64,000 bases of DNA from Candidatus Omnitrophota bacterium (lineage in GTDB: Bacteria; Omnitrophota; Omnitrophia; Omnitrophales; Aquincolibacteriaceae): the NCBI GenBank assembly GCA_041674705.1, contig JBAYVF010000001.1, positions 129,238 to 193,237 of the forward strand, given 5' to 3'. Under the pieces are notes generated by a model, which was not told the origin of the DNA, searched no databases, and saw nothing but the letters and a program-made list of their open reading frames with translations. Shown piece after piece: positions 7,738 through 16,753 of the stretch (the first letter of the stretch is position 1; every line of letters begins with the position of its first letter). Both the position numbers and the translations under genes were made by a program.

Positions 7738-9705
7738 ATGGGACTCAAAATAATTTGTTTGATGAAACAAGTGCCGCTCCCGACCGAGATGCGTATGGGC
7801 GCGGACGGGTTGATGGACCGTACCAAGGCGAAATCCTCGATCAATGCGGATTGCACGTTCGGTCTGGAACAGGGGCTTGAGATCAAAAAGCAGGTGCCGG
7901 ACGCGGAGCTGATCGTGGTTTCCATGGGGCCGACGAGTTTTGAACAGTCCCTTAAAAAAGCCCTGGCTATGGGCTATGACCGCGCGGTTCTTCTCTCGGA
8001 CCGGAAACTGGGAGGATCGGACACCTTTGCCACGGGCTATGCCATTGCCTCGCTTCTCAAAAAACTTGGGTTCTCCAAGGAGAGCAAAGACCCCTTCATC
8101 ATTTTCTCTGGACGCCAAACGACGGACGGGGATACGGCGCATGTGCCTTCCCAGACGGCCGAGAATCTCGGCATCCCTCAGGCGACTTTCGTCGAAAAAG
8201 TAGAGTTCAAGGGAGATCATTTGAAGGTCCGCCGCATCATCGAAGGCGGTTTCCAAGTCCTTAAAGTGCCGGTCCCATGTCTTATTTCAATCGCTCCCAC
8301 CGCGACTCCGGCACGCCGGCCGTCCCTGAAAGGCGCCATTCGCGCGAAAAACACCAAGACCGAGATCTGGACGCTGGATCAGACCGGGGCGGATGCCAGC
8401 GTGGTAGGCCTGAGCGGTTCTCCGACGCTTGTCTCAAAAGTGGTGGATATCCAAAAAGACAGGCCGCCGGTCAATATGATCTCCGGGCATGAACCTAAAG
8501 ATCTTGCAGCCAGCCTTGTCTCCGAGATCGAAAAGGTCAAAGACGCGATCGGCGGAGGCCACGGGCAGCATGCCGGAGCCGGCGATGAAAAAAGTGCGGC
8601 GGGGGAAAAAGCAAAAACGGATGTGGATTTCCCAAGAGTGGATTTTCGTAATGGCGCGCGGGGCGTTCTGACCTGGATCGAAATGCTTGGGCAAACACCT
8701 TCGCGGTCTTCGCTCGAGATCCTGAACCCTGCCAGGAAACTGGCCGATCAGCTCCAGACCCAGGTGACCGCGATCGTGACCGGGCATAACCTCAAGGATG
8801 TGGCTTCTGAGATCATCGCCTATGGTGCCGACGAGGTCGTGGTGGTGGATGATCCGCGTCTTAAAGAATACAGGATCCTGCCGGTCGCAGCCGTGATCGC
8901 GCAGTGGATCGAACACAAGCGTCCCGAGATCGCGCTTTTTGGAGCTACGACCTCGGGCCGTGAACTTGCGCCGAGACTTGCGAGCCGTGTGAGGGCCGGC
9001 GTGACCGCCGACTGCACCAGCCTCAAGGTCGGGGAATACGCGCACCGTATGAAGAAAACTGTTTTTTATCCTGTGCTTGAGTCCATCCGTCCGACTTACG
9101 GTGAAAGCAAGCTTGCGACGATCATCGGGTTTTGGTGCCCGCAGATGGCGACCGCGCGTGCCGGGACTTTTAAAATTTTACCCAAAGATCCAAGCCGGAA
9201 GGGAACTGTGCGCGAATTCACGCCTACTTTTAGAGAGAGCGATTTTGCGGTGGAAGTGCTGGAGGTCAAACGCGAGGCGGGAGGCGGCGATAATCTTTTT
9301 GTCGCGGATATTATTATTTCCGGAGGCCGTCCGGCGGGTGATCATGATGATTTCAAATTGATCAAGGAACTCGCCCAGGCCCTGCAAGATCAGGGGATCA
9401 ATGCTGATTGGGGCGCGAGCCGTCACGCGGTGGATAACGGTTATGCGCCGTACGCGCGCCAGGTCGGGCAGACGGGAAAGACCGTCCGGCCGAAGCTCTA
9501 TATCGCTGTCGCGATCTCAGGGGCCATCCAGCATCTCGCAGGGATGAAAGAATCCGGCAAGATCATTGCGATCAACCAGGACCCGCAGGCCGCGATCTTT
9601 CGCCATGCGGATTTCGGGATCGTCCGTGATTATCAGGAAGTGCTTCCCGAGCTGATCGCCAGGGTCAAGGCCGGCTTTACCTTCGGGCTGGCAACGAGCA
9701 AATAG
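7738..9705 (+). CDS. fused electron transfer flavoprotein beta-alpha polypeptide
   Basis: N-terminal EtfB domain (MGLKIICLMKQVP...) and a Gly/charged linker. The C-terminal EtfA domain has the canonical VGQTGKTVRPKLYIAVAISGAIQHLAGMK. The ATG lies 1 nt after the ETF-QO stop. Confidence 0.85.
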   Translation: MGLKIICLMKQVPLPTEMRMGADGLMDRTKAKSSINADCTFGLEQGLEIKKQVPDAELIVVSMGPTSFEQSLKKALAMGYDRAVLLSDRKLGGSDTFATGYAIASLLKKLGFSKESKDPFIIFSGRQTTDGDTAHVPSQTAENLGIPQATFVEKVEFKGDHLKVRRIIEGGFQVLKVPVPCLISIAPTATPARRPSLKGAIRAKNTKTEIWTLDQTGADASVVGLSGSPTLVSKVVDIQKDRPPVNMISGHEPKDLAASLVSEIEKVKDAIGGGHGQHAGAGDEKSAAGEKAKTDVDFPRVDFRNGARGVLTWIEMLGQTPSRSSLEILNPARKLADQLQTQVTAIVTGHNLKDVASEIIAYGADEVVVVDDPRLKEYRILPVAAVIAQWIEHKRPEIALFGATTSGRELAPRLASRVRAGVTADCTSLKVGEYAHRMKKTVFYPVLESIRPTYGESKLATIIGFWCPQMATARAGTFKILPKDPSRKGTVREFTPTFRESDFAVEVLEVKREAGGGDNLFVADIIISGGRPAGDHDDFKLIKELAQALQDQGINADWGASRHAVDNGYAPYARQVGQTGKTVRPKLYIAVAISGAIQHLAGMKESGKIIAINQDPQAAIFRHADFGIVRDYQEVLPELIARVKAGFTFGLATSK

Positions 9706-9769
9706 AAGAGTGTTTCTTGACGGGGGGCGTACTTACAATTAAAATTTTCAAGGAATGGTCGATAATCTA

Positions 9770-9850
9770 CCCTGGCTTTGAATTTCTTTTTCTTGAAGGT
9801 AGCCAGGGTTGCCCAATTTCAACTTCGTTGAAATGGATAGGTATTGGGAC
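9770..9850. repeat. REP/BIME-like palindromic unit pair (CCCTGGCT...AGCCAGGG + GCCCAAT...ATTGGGAC)
   Basis: Two adjacent hairpin units. The second is a member of the 41-nt family also seen at 16798, 19143, 22144, 54157 and 54199. Confidence 0.8.
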
Positions 9851-9885
9851 TAGGGCGTCATAAAAGCTAACAAAAGGGAGGGATT

Positions 9886-10263
9886 ATGTTTAAGAAGATT
9901 ATCAGTATGACCGTGGTATTGGCCATGTTCATGGCCATCAGCGGCGTGGCTTATGCCGAAGAAAAGAATGCGGACAAAAGTCTGACCCGTGGCGCGGCAT
10001 CCTTGCTATTGCCGGGGTGGGGACAATATCTCAATAACGAAATGGACACCAAGAGCGGCAAGTTCAAGACCGGCGCCATGATCGTCCTCGAGATCGGCGG
10101 CATTGTGACGACGATCCTCCTCGGAACACTCGTGGGTTATCCCGTGATCTGGGTCGGTATCGGGATCCTGATGTTCAACCATATCTGGAGCGCTTCGGAT
10201 GCTTATCTGAAGGTCCCGGTGGGTCCTGAGGTCGGGATGAAGGGCGAGACGCTCGAGCGTTAA
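9886..10263 (+). CDS. small membrane protein with signal peptide and PGWGQY motif
   Basis: GGGAGGG RBS and an N-terminal signal peptide ending AYA. LLPGWGQYLN motif followed by two hydrophobic helices. Confidence 0.65.
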   Translation: MFKKIISMTVVLAMFMAISGVAYAEEKNADKSLTRGAASLLLPGWGQYLNNEMDTKSGKFKTGAMIVLEIGGIVTTILLGTLVGYPVIWVGIGILMFNHIWSASDAYLKVPVGPEVGMKGETLER

Positions 10264-10267
10264 TGCT

Positions 10268-11299
10268 TTGAAGTCCGTTCTTTCTTTTAAAAAAAGCAGG
10301 CCGTGGAAACTCTGCGGCCTGCTTTTTTTATGCTTTCTTTCTTCCGGATTTTCCCTGTCTTCCTCGAAATCCGAAGGGCGGTCGTTCCCGCTTCCGGGGA
10401 ATTTTGAGGAAGTTTGGAATGCCACGCTCGCGACGCTCGAGGCCGAAAAGATCCCGCTCGCCACAACCGACAAAGCCCGGGGCTATATCCGATCCGTGAC
10501 ATTTCCTTTGTACAAAAAAGAATACAAAGAATGGGCCAAGGCTCCCAGTATTTCTTCGAGTGGATTTTGCGCGCTTGAGATCGGTATCGTGGAAAAGGAT
10601 CCGACCATGACAGTCGTCGGGATCCGGGCTTATTTTAAAAGAAAGACCGGCCTTTCGTCGAAGGGGTTCCGGAAAACCGATGGGTCGCGTGGAAGGTTCG
10701 AAGGGCTCTTGGGGAAAAATATCAATGAACGGCTTGTCGAGGCGAAGTTCCCGGCCCTGAAAAGCGTGATCCTGGGTTGTGATCTTCACTATGATGACAA
10801 GACGGCGCGTTATTTTATTGCCGGTGCCGACGAGTCATCGCTTGCCTATGAGCAAGGGCTTCGCAACGGAGATGTGCTTTTAAAGATCGCGGGGCAGGAC
10901 GTGACGCCCGGGAATCTTTTCGGTTTCTTTTTGAATATTCAGGGAGAAGCTCTTAAGAAATTCACGATCCTTCGGAAAGAGGGAGAACTGGAGCTGCCGA
11001 TCAGTATTTTTTTTCTGAATCCCGACGCGCCACATCTCGGATTCCGGGTGGAGCGTAACCCAAAAAATCTGCGTTTTGTTATCACGGAAGTGCGCGCCGG
11101 CTCTCCGGCGGAGCGGGAAGGGTTTTTGCCGAGGGACATTTTGCTCAAACAGAACAACATCCTGCTCGATAACTGGGAAAACTATTACCGAGCGATCCTG
11201 GCCCAAAAAGATGGAGAACCTCAGATCTTCCAGATCGAAAGGCGCGGCAAGCTTCTTGAAAAGAAGATCATTCCCCCCGGGAATCAAGTCCCTGCATGA
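10268..11299 (+). CDS. secreted/lipoprotein-like protein with two C-terminal PDZ domains
   Basis: Basic N-terminus plus hydrophobic core. Two PDZ-like segments (GLRNGDVLLKIAGQDV, GSPAEREGFLPRDILLKQNN). The TTG start is the only plausible in-frame start. Confidence 0.65.
   Translation: MKSVLSFKKSRPWKLCGLLFLCFLSSGFSLSSSKSEGRSFPLPGNFEEVWNATLATLEAEKIPLATTDKARGYIRSVTFPLYKKEYKEWAKAPSISSSGFCALEIGIVEKDPTMTVVGIRAYFKRKTGLSSKGFRKTDGSRGRFEGLLGKNINERLVEAKFPALKSVILGCDLHYDDKTARYFIAGADESSLAYEQGLRNGDVLLKIAGQDVTPGNLFGFFLNIQGEALKKFTILRKEGELELPISIFFLNPDAPHLGFRVERNPKNLRFVITEVRAGSPAEREGFLPRDILLKQNNILLDNWENYYRAILAQKDGEPQIFQIERRGKLLEKKIIPPGNQVPA
10295..10329 (+). terminator. intrinsic-terminator-like hairpin overlapping the 5' end of the next ORF
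   Basis: AGCAGGCCG / CGGCCTGCT stem flanked by an A-run and TTTTTTT. Confidence 0.65.
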
Positions 11300-11745
11300 A
11301 AGATGCTCGTCTCGCTTTAATTTATTCCATCGTGGCCCCAGGTTTGGGACAGCTCTATCTTGGAGAGCGCGCCAAGGGGTGGACGCTTTTATGTATGAGC
11401 GCTGGAGTGGTCGTGAGCCTGATCATCAGTCATACGGCGATCGCCTTGTTTTTAATGGGAGGCATCTATTTGGCCGTGATGATCCCCGCAGCGCGGGACG
11501 CTTTTCAGACCGCTTCCGGCCAGTCCCGGACTTTTGTGGCGAATACTGTTCCTTACGTGATCATGATGCTTCTCATGATCGGGCCGTTTGCGATCCCCCT
11601 TTTATGGCAAAGCGCAAAGTTTTCAAAGACGGCGAAGATCCTCTGGACCGTCGCCGTGATCCTGATCGCGCTTTTAGGGATCGCGACTCTGACGTTCATG
11701 GCTTCGTCCCTGGACAAGTTCATGAAACAGGCCGGGGCCGTTTAG
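11296..11745 (+). CDS. polytopic membrane protein with PGLGQLY motif
   Basis: ATGA start/stop overlap with the upstream gene. IVAPGLGQLYLGERAKGW motif followed by about 4 TM helices. Confidence 0.6.
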   Translation: MKDARLALIYSIVAPGLGQLYLGERAKGWTLLCMSAGVVVSLIISHTAIALFLMGGIYLAVMIPAARDAFQTASGQSRTFVANTVPYVIMMLLMIGPFAIPLLWQSAKFSKTAKILWTVAVILIALLGIATLTFMASSLDKFMKQAGAV

Positions 11746-11835
11746 CTCGCTTGTTTTGTATCCGGAGCTTTTCAAAAGAATGATATCGCTTGGGAGGCTC
11801 CGTGTTAGAATGCAGAAAATGTTTCAGGAGGATTT

Positions 11836-12324
11836 GTGAATTCTAAGAGAATCGTTTCGCTTTTTTTGCTCTCTTTTTTGATGATGGGGCCGGGGTGCTA
11901 CGCGGAAGATCCCCAGGCTCCCCAAGCGGCTTCTGTTTCAACTCCGGTCACGTCTCCGGCGCCGGGTCTGTGGTCCGATGGCTGGTATCAAGGCGCTTCC
12001 GGGTACGATCAGGCGGTCGCGGAGTATAAGCGGACCAACAAACCAATGGTCGTTTATATGAGCGTCGGGTGGTGCCCTTACTGCCGTAAATTTGAAAAAG
12101 AGGTGCTGTCAGCACCCCGGGTGCAGAACATGCTGAAGGACATGATCCGGGTCAATATCAATCCGGAAGCCGGAAGCCGCGAGAACGCGCTCGCGTTCCA
12201 ATACGGGATCCGGGGATTTCCGTCTTTTTTTCTTCATCCTCCTCAGCCCGGAGGTGCCGTACAACTTGCAACGGGAGTGACCCCCGAGCAGTTCGTCGAT
12301 TTTTTCAAACAAGTCCTCGGTTAG
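11836..12324 (+). CDS. secreted thioredoxin-fold protein
   Basis: Signal peptide, WCPYC redox motif, GTG start. Confidence 0.7.
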   Translation: MNSKRIVSLFLLSFLMMGPGCYAEDPQAPQAASVSTPVTSPAPGLWSDGWYQGASGYDQAVAEYKRTNKPMVVYMSVGWCPYCRKFEKEVLSAPRVQNMLKDMIRVNINPEAGSRENALAFQYGIRGFPSFFLHPPQPGGAVQLATGVTPEQFVDFFKQVLG

Positions 12325-12325
12325 A

Positions 12326-13108
12326 ATGTCGACCGTGATCTCCAGAGCGCTTTCCATCGCCGGTTCTGATCCTTCGGGCGGAGCGGGCATCCAGGCCGAT
12401 CTCAAGACCTTTCATCAGCACAAGGTTTACGGGATGGCGGTGATCACGCTTCTCACAGCCCAGAATACACGTGATGTCCAGGCCGTCTACGTGATGAAAC
12501 CCGCCCAGGTGATCCGTCAACTTGAGGCGGTGCTTTCGGATATCCCGCCTCATGCAGCCAAGACGGGGGCCTTGGGGGATGAAAAGGTTCTTCGCGCGGT
12601 CGCAAGGGCGGCTCGCGGATTCAGGTTTCCCCTCGTGGTCGATCCGGTCATGGTGAGCAAGCATGGCGCCCTACTTCTTAAAAAAAATGCTGTTCGCATT
12701 TTCATCAAGGAGCTGCTTCCTTATGCCACTTTAGTCACACCGAACCTTTGTGAAGCGGAGGTTCTGAGCGGGATCAAGGTTTGTGACCCGGAGTCCATGG
12801 AAAAAGCCGCACGGATCATTGCCGGGTTCGGCCCACGCGCCGTACTCGTCAAAGGCGGCCATCTTAAAGGGGACGCCCTGGATCTTTTTTATCAAGACGG
12901 AAGGGTTCGTTTCTTCAAAGCTCCAAGGATCCGGACGCGGCATACTCATGGGACCGGCTGTACGTATTCAGCCGCTATTACCGCTGAACTCGCGAAAGGG
13001 AAGAGCCTTTTCGCTGCCATCGCAAGCGCTAAAAAGTTCATCACGCGAGCGATTCGTACGGCTCCGGGCCTTGGGCGCGGCAGGGGTCCCGTTAATCATT
13101 TCGCTTAG
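12326..13108 (+). CDS. thiD: hydroxymethylpyrimidine/phosphomethylpyrimidine kinase
   Basis: ALSIAGSDPSGGAGIQADLKTF signature, typical ThiD length. Confidence 0.9.
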   Translation: MSTVISRALSIAGSDPSGGAGIQADLKTFHQHKVYGMAVITLLTAQNTRDVQAVYVMKPAQVIRQLEAVLSDIPPHAAKTGALGDEKVLRAVARAARGFRFPLVVDPVMVSKHGALLLKKNAVRIFIKELLPYATLVTPNLCEAEVLSGIKVCDPESMEKAARIIAGFGPRAVLVKGGHLKGDALDLFYQDGRVRFFKAPRIRTRHTHGTGCTYSAAITAELAKGKSLFAAIASAKKFITRAIRTAPGLGRGRGPVNHFA

Positions 13109-13190
13109 CGTTTCTCGCGTAAAAAGATTCTTTTTTAAAATCATTCACGTTCGGATATAATTCCTCGGCAACTGATCCAAGGAGAAAAGC

Positions 13191-13787
13191 ATGATTTGCT
13201 GTTTAGATCTGGAAGGTGTGTTGATCCCCGAGATCTGGATCAACGTGGCGAAGAAGACCGGCGTCAAAGCTCTCGAGATCACCACGCGCGACGAGCCTGA
13301 TTACGATAAGCTCATGCGTTACCGGCTCGCGATCCTGAAAAAAGAAGGGATACGACTCGGCGACATTCAGGCTGTGATCCGCGCGATGCGTCCGCTTCCG
13401 GGCGCCAGGGAATTCTTGGAGAAACTCCAGGAAAAATACCAGGTCATTATTCTTTCGGACACCTATTACGAGTTCGCCGGGCCGATGATGAAAAAGCTCG
13501 GGAACCCGACCCTCTTTTGTAATTGGCTGTCGAAGGATAAAAAAGGTTTTATTGCGAATTATCATCTGCGGCAGAAGAACGGCAAGAAAGAGGCTGTCAA
13601 AGGGCTCAAGAGCCTGGGATTCAGGGTTGTCGCTGCGGGGGATTCCTACAATGATATCGCTATGTTGAAAGCCGCTGACCGCGGGATCCTCTTCCGTCCG
13701 CCTGCCAAGATCGTCCGCCAGTTCCCAAAATTTCCGGTGACGAACACCTACCGCGAACTCCTTTCGGCTTTCCTTAAAACCGCCTAA
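13191..13787 (+). CDS. thrH: phosphoserine phosphatase / homoserine phosphotransferase ThrH-type HAD enzyme
   Basis: Near-colinear with Pseudomonas ThrH from recall (CLDLEGVL.PEIWI...TTRD.PDYD.LM..RL; AAGDSYND). Confidence 0.8.
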   Translation: MICCLDLEGVLIPEIWINVAKKTGVKALEITTRDEPDYDKLMRYRLAILKKEGIRLGDIQAVIRAMRPLPGAREFLEKLQEKYQVIILSDTYYEFAGPMMKKLGNPTLFCNWLSKDKKGFIANYHLRQKNGKKEAVKGLKSLGFRVVAAGDSYNDIAMLKAADRGILFRPPAKIVRQFPKFPVTNTYRELLSAFLKTA

Positions 13788-13789
13788 CC

Positions 13790-14182
13790 TTATTTCAGAT
13801 TCGCACGGATCCTGGCCGCGATCGCGGCGAGTTCTTCCTGGGGCGTAGCTTTTGCGCGGGCGAAGCTCAAGTCTCCGACACTGTTGATCGGGATCAAATG
13901 GACATGGGCGTGAGGGACTTCAATGCCGGCGACCATGATGCCGACCTTCTTGCAGGGAACGGTTTTTTTGATGGCCTTGGCGACCTTCTTGGCGAATACC
14001 ATCAGGCCTTTTAGCAGGTCATCCTCCATATCAAAAATATAATCCACCTCCTGCTTCGGAATGACCAGTGTGTGCCCGGGACTTACAGGACGGATATCAA
14101 GAAAGGCAAAGTAGCGGTCGTCTTCAAGGATCTTGTGAGCGGGGATCTCGCCCGCGAGTATTTTGGTGAAAATAGTAGGCAT
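13790..14182 (-). CDS. HIT family (histidine triad) nucleotide hydrolase
   Basis: HAHVHLIP histidine-triad motif; IFTKILAGEIP N-terminus. Confidence 0.9.
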   Translation of the reverse strand: MPTIFTKILAGEIPAHKILEDDRYFAFLDIRPVSPGHTLVIPKQEVDYIFDMEDDLLKGLMVFAKKVAKAIKKTVPCKKVGIMVAGIEVPHAHVHLIPINSVGDLSFARAKATPQEELAAIAARIRANLK

Positions 14183-14365
14183 GACGGCCTCCTTATTGTG
14201 AAAAAAATCAATTTTGGACTATGGACCAAGGCCTGCAGCTTGCGTGGCGCGCGGGCCGTGAAGCGATGTCATTTTAATCCCGTCCCAGAAAGAACGGTAT
14301 CGTTTTTTGCGTGGAATGCGGTAGAATGTTCCGTCAAAGATTTCTTTTAAAAAAGGGGGTTCAAG

Positions 14366-14710
14366 ATGGCCGATGAAAATAAGAATACAGTGCTGGGCGT
14401 GACGGAAAATCTCGAAGGGCTTTTTTGTTACGTGCTCGGCTGGGTGACGGGGCTTGTTTTTCTGCTCCTTGAACAAAAGAACGCGTTCGTACGTTTCCAC
14501 GCGCTCCAGTCGCTTGTAACATTCCTCGCGCTTTTTATCCTCTCCGCGGTGATCGGGTTCATCCCGGTTCTGGGGATCCTGGTGGGGCTGGTTATCTGGC
14601 CTCTGGGAGTGGTCCTTTGGATCGTTCTCATGGTGAAGGCTTATAAAGGGGAACGCTACAAACTGCCCGTGATCGGTGATTTTGTCGAGAAGCAGCTTAT
14701 TTCCAAGTAG
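14366..14710 (+). CDS. DUF4870-type small membrane protein
   Basis: FHALQSL motif and three TM segments; GGGGG RBS. Confidence 0.65.
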   Translation: MADENKNTVLGVTENLEGLFCYVLGWVTGLVFLLLEQKNAFVRFHALQSLVTFLALFILSAVIGFIPVLGILVGLVIWPLGVVLWIVLMVKAYKGERYKLPVIGDFVEKQLISK

Positions 14711-14785
14711 AGTTTTGATGACAGGAGGGCGGATGGCGAAAAGCGTTAAGCTTCTTCCATCCGCTTTCTTTTTTCCGCTTCCCTT

Positions 14786-15133
14786 ATGAATACCTTCCAC
14801 TGCCAGCGTTGCGGCGCGTGTTGCAAACAGCCTGGTTTTGTCTATCTCGCGACAGGGGATGCCGAGCGCCTTGCCGCGCATCTCAAGATAGACGTTTATC
14901 AATTCACCGGAACGCATTGCCTTCTGATGGATCGCCAGCACCTCGCCCTAAAGAAACAGCCGGATGAGACGTGCCTTTTTCTGGGAGCCCAAGGTTGTTC
15001 CGTCTATGAGGCGAGGCCCGCCCAATGCCGTGATTTTCCCTTAAACTGGAAAACAGAGAAAAGTTTGAACTATTGCGAGGGGCTGAAAAAAATCCAGGGG
15101 CGAGGGAATAAGGCCGCAGGAAAAGCCAAGTAA
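14786..15133 (+). CDS. YkgJ-family Cys-cluster (CxxCxxCC) protein
   Basis: N-terminal CQRCGACC and C-terminal CSVY...C motif typical of UPF0153/YkgJ. Confidence 0.7.
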   Translation: MNTFHCQRCGACCKQPGFVYLATGDAERLAAHLKIDVYQFTGTHCLLMDRQHLALKKQPDETCLFLGAQGCSVYEARPAQCRDFPLNWKTEKSLNYCEGLKKIQGRGNKAAGKAK

Positions 15134-15167
15134 CCGGATCTCTGAGAAGAGAGTTTCTTCCGGTAAT

Positions 15168-16547
15168 TTAGAGGGCGGGCTTCAAGCTTTCCGCCAACTT
15201 AGCTTCTTCAGATTTGGGGGCCGGAGGGACCGGAGGAAGCGTGAAAATGAACCGGGATCCTTTGCCGGGCTCGCTTTCGACCCAGATCTTCCCGCCATGC
15301 ATCTCCACGAACTGTTTGCTGATGGCGAGTCCCAATCCCGTTCCCTTGACGCTCTTTTCAGTGGAACGTCCCGCCTGCTCATAAGGCTGAAAGATCGCGG
15401 CTTGGTCCTTCACAGCGATTCCGGGTCCCGAATCTTCCACGGTGATCCTGGCTCTGCCATCATGGTCTTTCACCAAGGCAATATGGATAAAGCCTTTCTG
15501 GGTGAACTTGATGGAGTTTGAGAGAAGATTGTAGAGCACCTGCCGGATCTTGAGCTCGTCGGCTGTAATCCGGAGGTTGGCCGGCCTTTCCGTAAATTCC
15601 AGGCGCAGATGTTTGCCGAGGGCATCTTCGTGAAAAAGATCCAGCGCATTGTTAAGAATCTTTACAAGATCGATCTCATGAAGTACCAGCTGCATCTTTT
15701 TGGACTCGATCTTGGAAAGGTCGAGCACGTCGTTGATAAGATCGCGAAGATGTTTTCCGCTGCGCTCGACACGGGAAAGAAAATCCTTTTGTTTTTCCGT
15801 AGGCGGTTCCGTTGGGCTTTCGAGTAAAAGCTGGGAAAAACCCAGGATCGAATTCAGCGGGGCGCGAATCTCATGGCTCATCCGGGCAAAATAATCGGTC
15901 TGCATGTGATAGGCATACTTGACCTTATCGCTTGTTTCCCGGAGTTCCCAAAGCAACTCCTCAAGGCGATCGTCCTTTTTTACGAGGGCCGAAGCCAGAA
16001 ATCTCATGAAGATCGCGATTAAATAGAAGAAAGCAATGTGCCGGAAGATAATGGCGGTTTCCTGGACAGGGTTCAGGTTGGGCCCGAACGAGACGGTTTG
16101 AGGGATAATGTTAAAATGCCCCAGCACGATCAATCCCGCATAGAGGGCCGAGGCAAGCGTGGCCATCTGGAGGGTCATAATGGTCGGCAGGTTGAGCGCG
16201 CAGTAGCAGATCGAAATAAAAAAGCAGGAAGAAAAGATGAAAAGGTCCACATTCCCCAGGAGATGGAGGGCCGTTGTTTCGGCCAAAAAGTCGATTACGA
16301 CCGAAGCGATCAAGGCTTCCGTCCCGGTTTTGGAATCGTGGAAAAAAGCCTTGTAGGGGCGGTTTACAAAAACTTCGATCACGATCACAAGGTAAAGCGG
16401 CCAAAGGTTTGCGACCGTGAAATTTCCCCATTTGCAGGTCAGGACATAAAGAGGGATAAGAAAGAAGACAGTGAGGATGCGGAGCAGGTAGAGATGATAA
16501 GCCTTTTGGTAGATCTCTTCGACCGGAGTTCTTCCCGTGATTCTCAT
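15168..16547 (-). CDS. membrane sensor histidine kinase
   Basis: Multi-TM N-terminus. HisKA H-box ([15 protein letters not shown]) and HATPase N/G boxes ([24 protein letters not shown]). Confidence 0.88.
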   Translation of the reverse strand: MRITGRTPVEEIYQKAYHLYLLRILTVFFLIPLYVLTCKWGNFTVANLWPLYLVIVIEVFVNRPYKAFFHDSKTGTEALIASVVIDFLAETTALHLLGNVDLFIFSSCFFISICYCALNLPTIMTLQMATLASALYAGLIVLGHFNIIPQTVSFGPNLNPVQETAIIFRHIAFFYLIAIFMRFLASALVKKDDRLEELLWELRETSDKVKYAYHMQTDYFARMSHEIRAPLNSILGFSQLLLESPTEPPTEKQKDFLSRVERSGKHLRDLINDVLDLSKIESKKMQLVLHEIDLVKILNNALDLFHEDALGKHLRLEFTERPANLRITADELKIRQVLYNLLSNSIKFTQKGFIHIALVKDHDGRARITVEDSGPGIAVKDQAAIFQPYEQAGRSTEKSVKGTGLGLAISKQFVEMHGGKIWVESEPGKGSRFIFTLPPVPPAPKSEEAKLAESLKPAL

Positions 16548-16753
16548 GATATTATCCTCGGAAGTTTATATGTCCTCTCATGCAGGAATGTCCGTATAAT
16601 AACCAAACGCGCTCTGAAAAGGAAATCTATTTTTCCTCAAAAGGGCAAGAGGCCTGTTGCGACACACTTGTCCGGCGGCTATCCTTGTCTTTCATTTCTT
16701 TTCATTAAGGATGACATACTGATTTTTATTCACAATGAATGGTAATCAGTATA

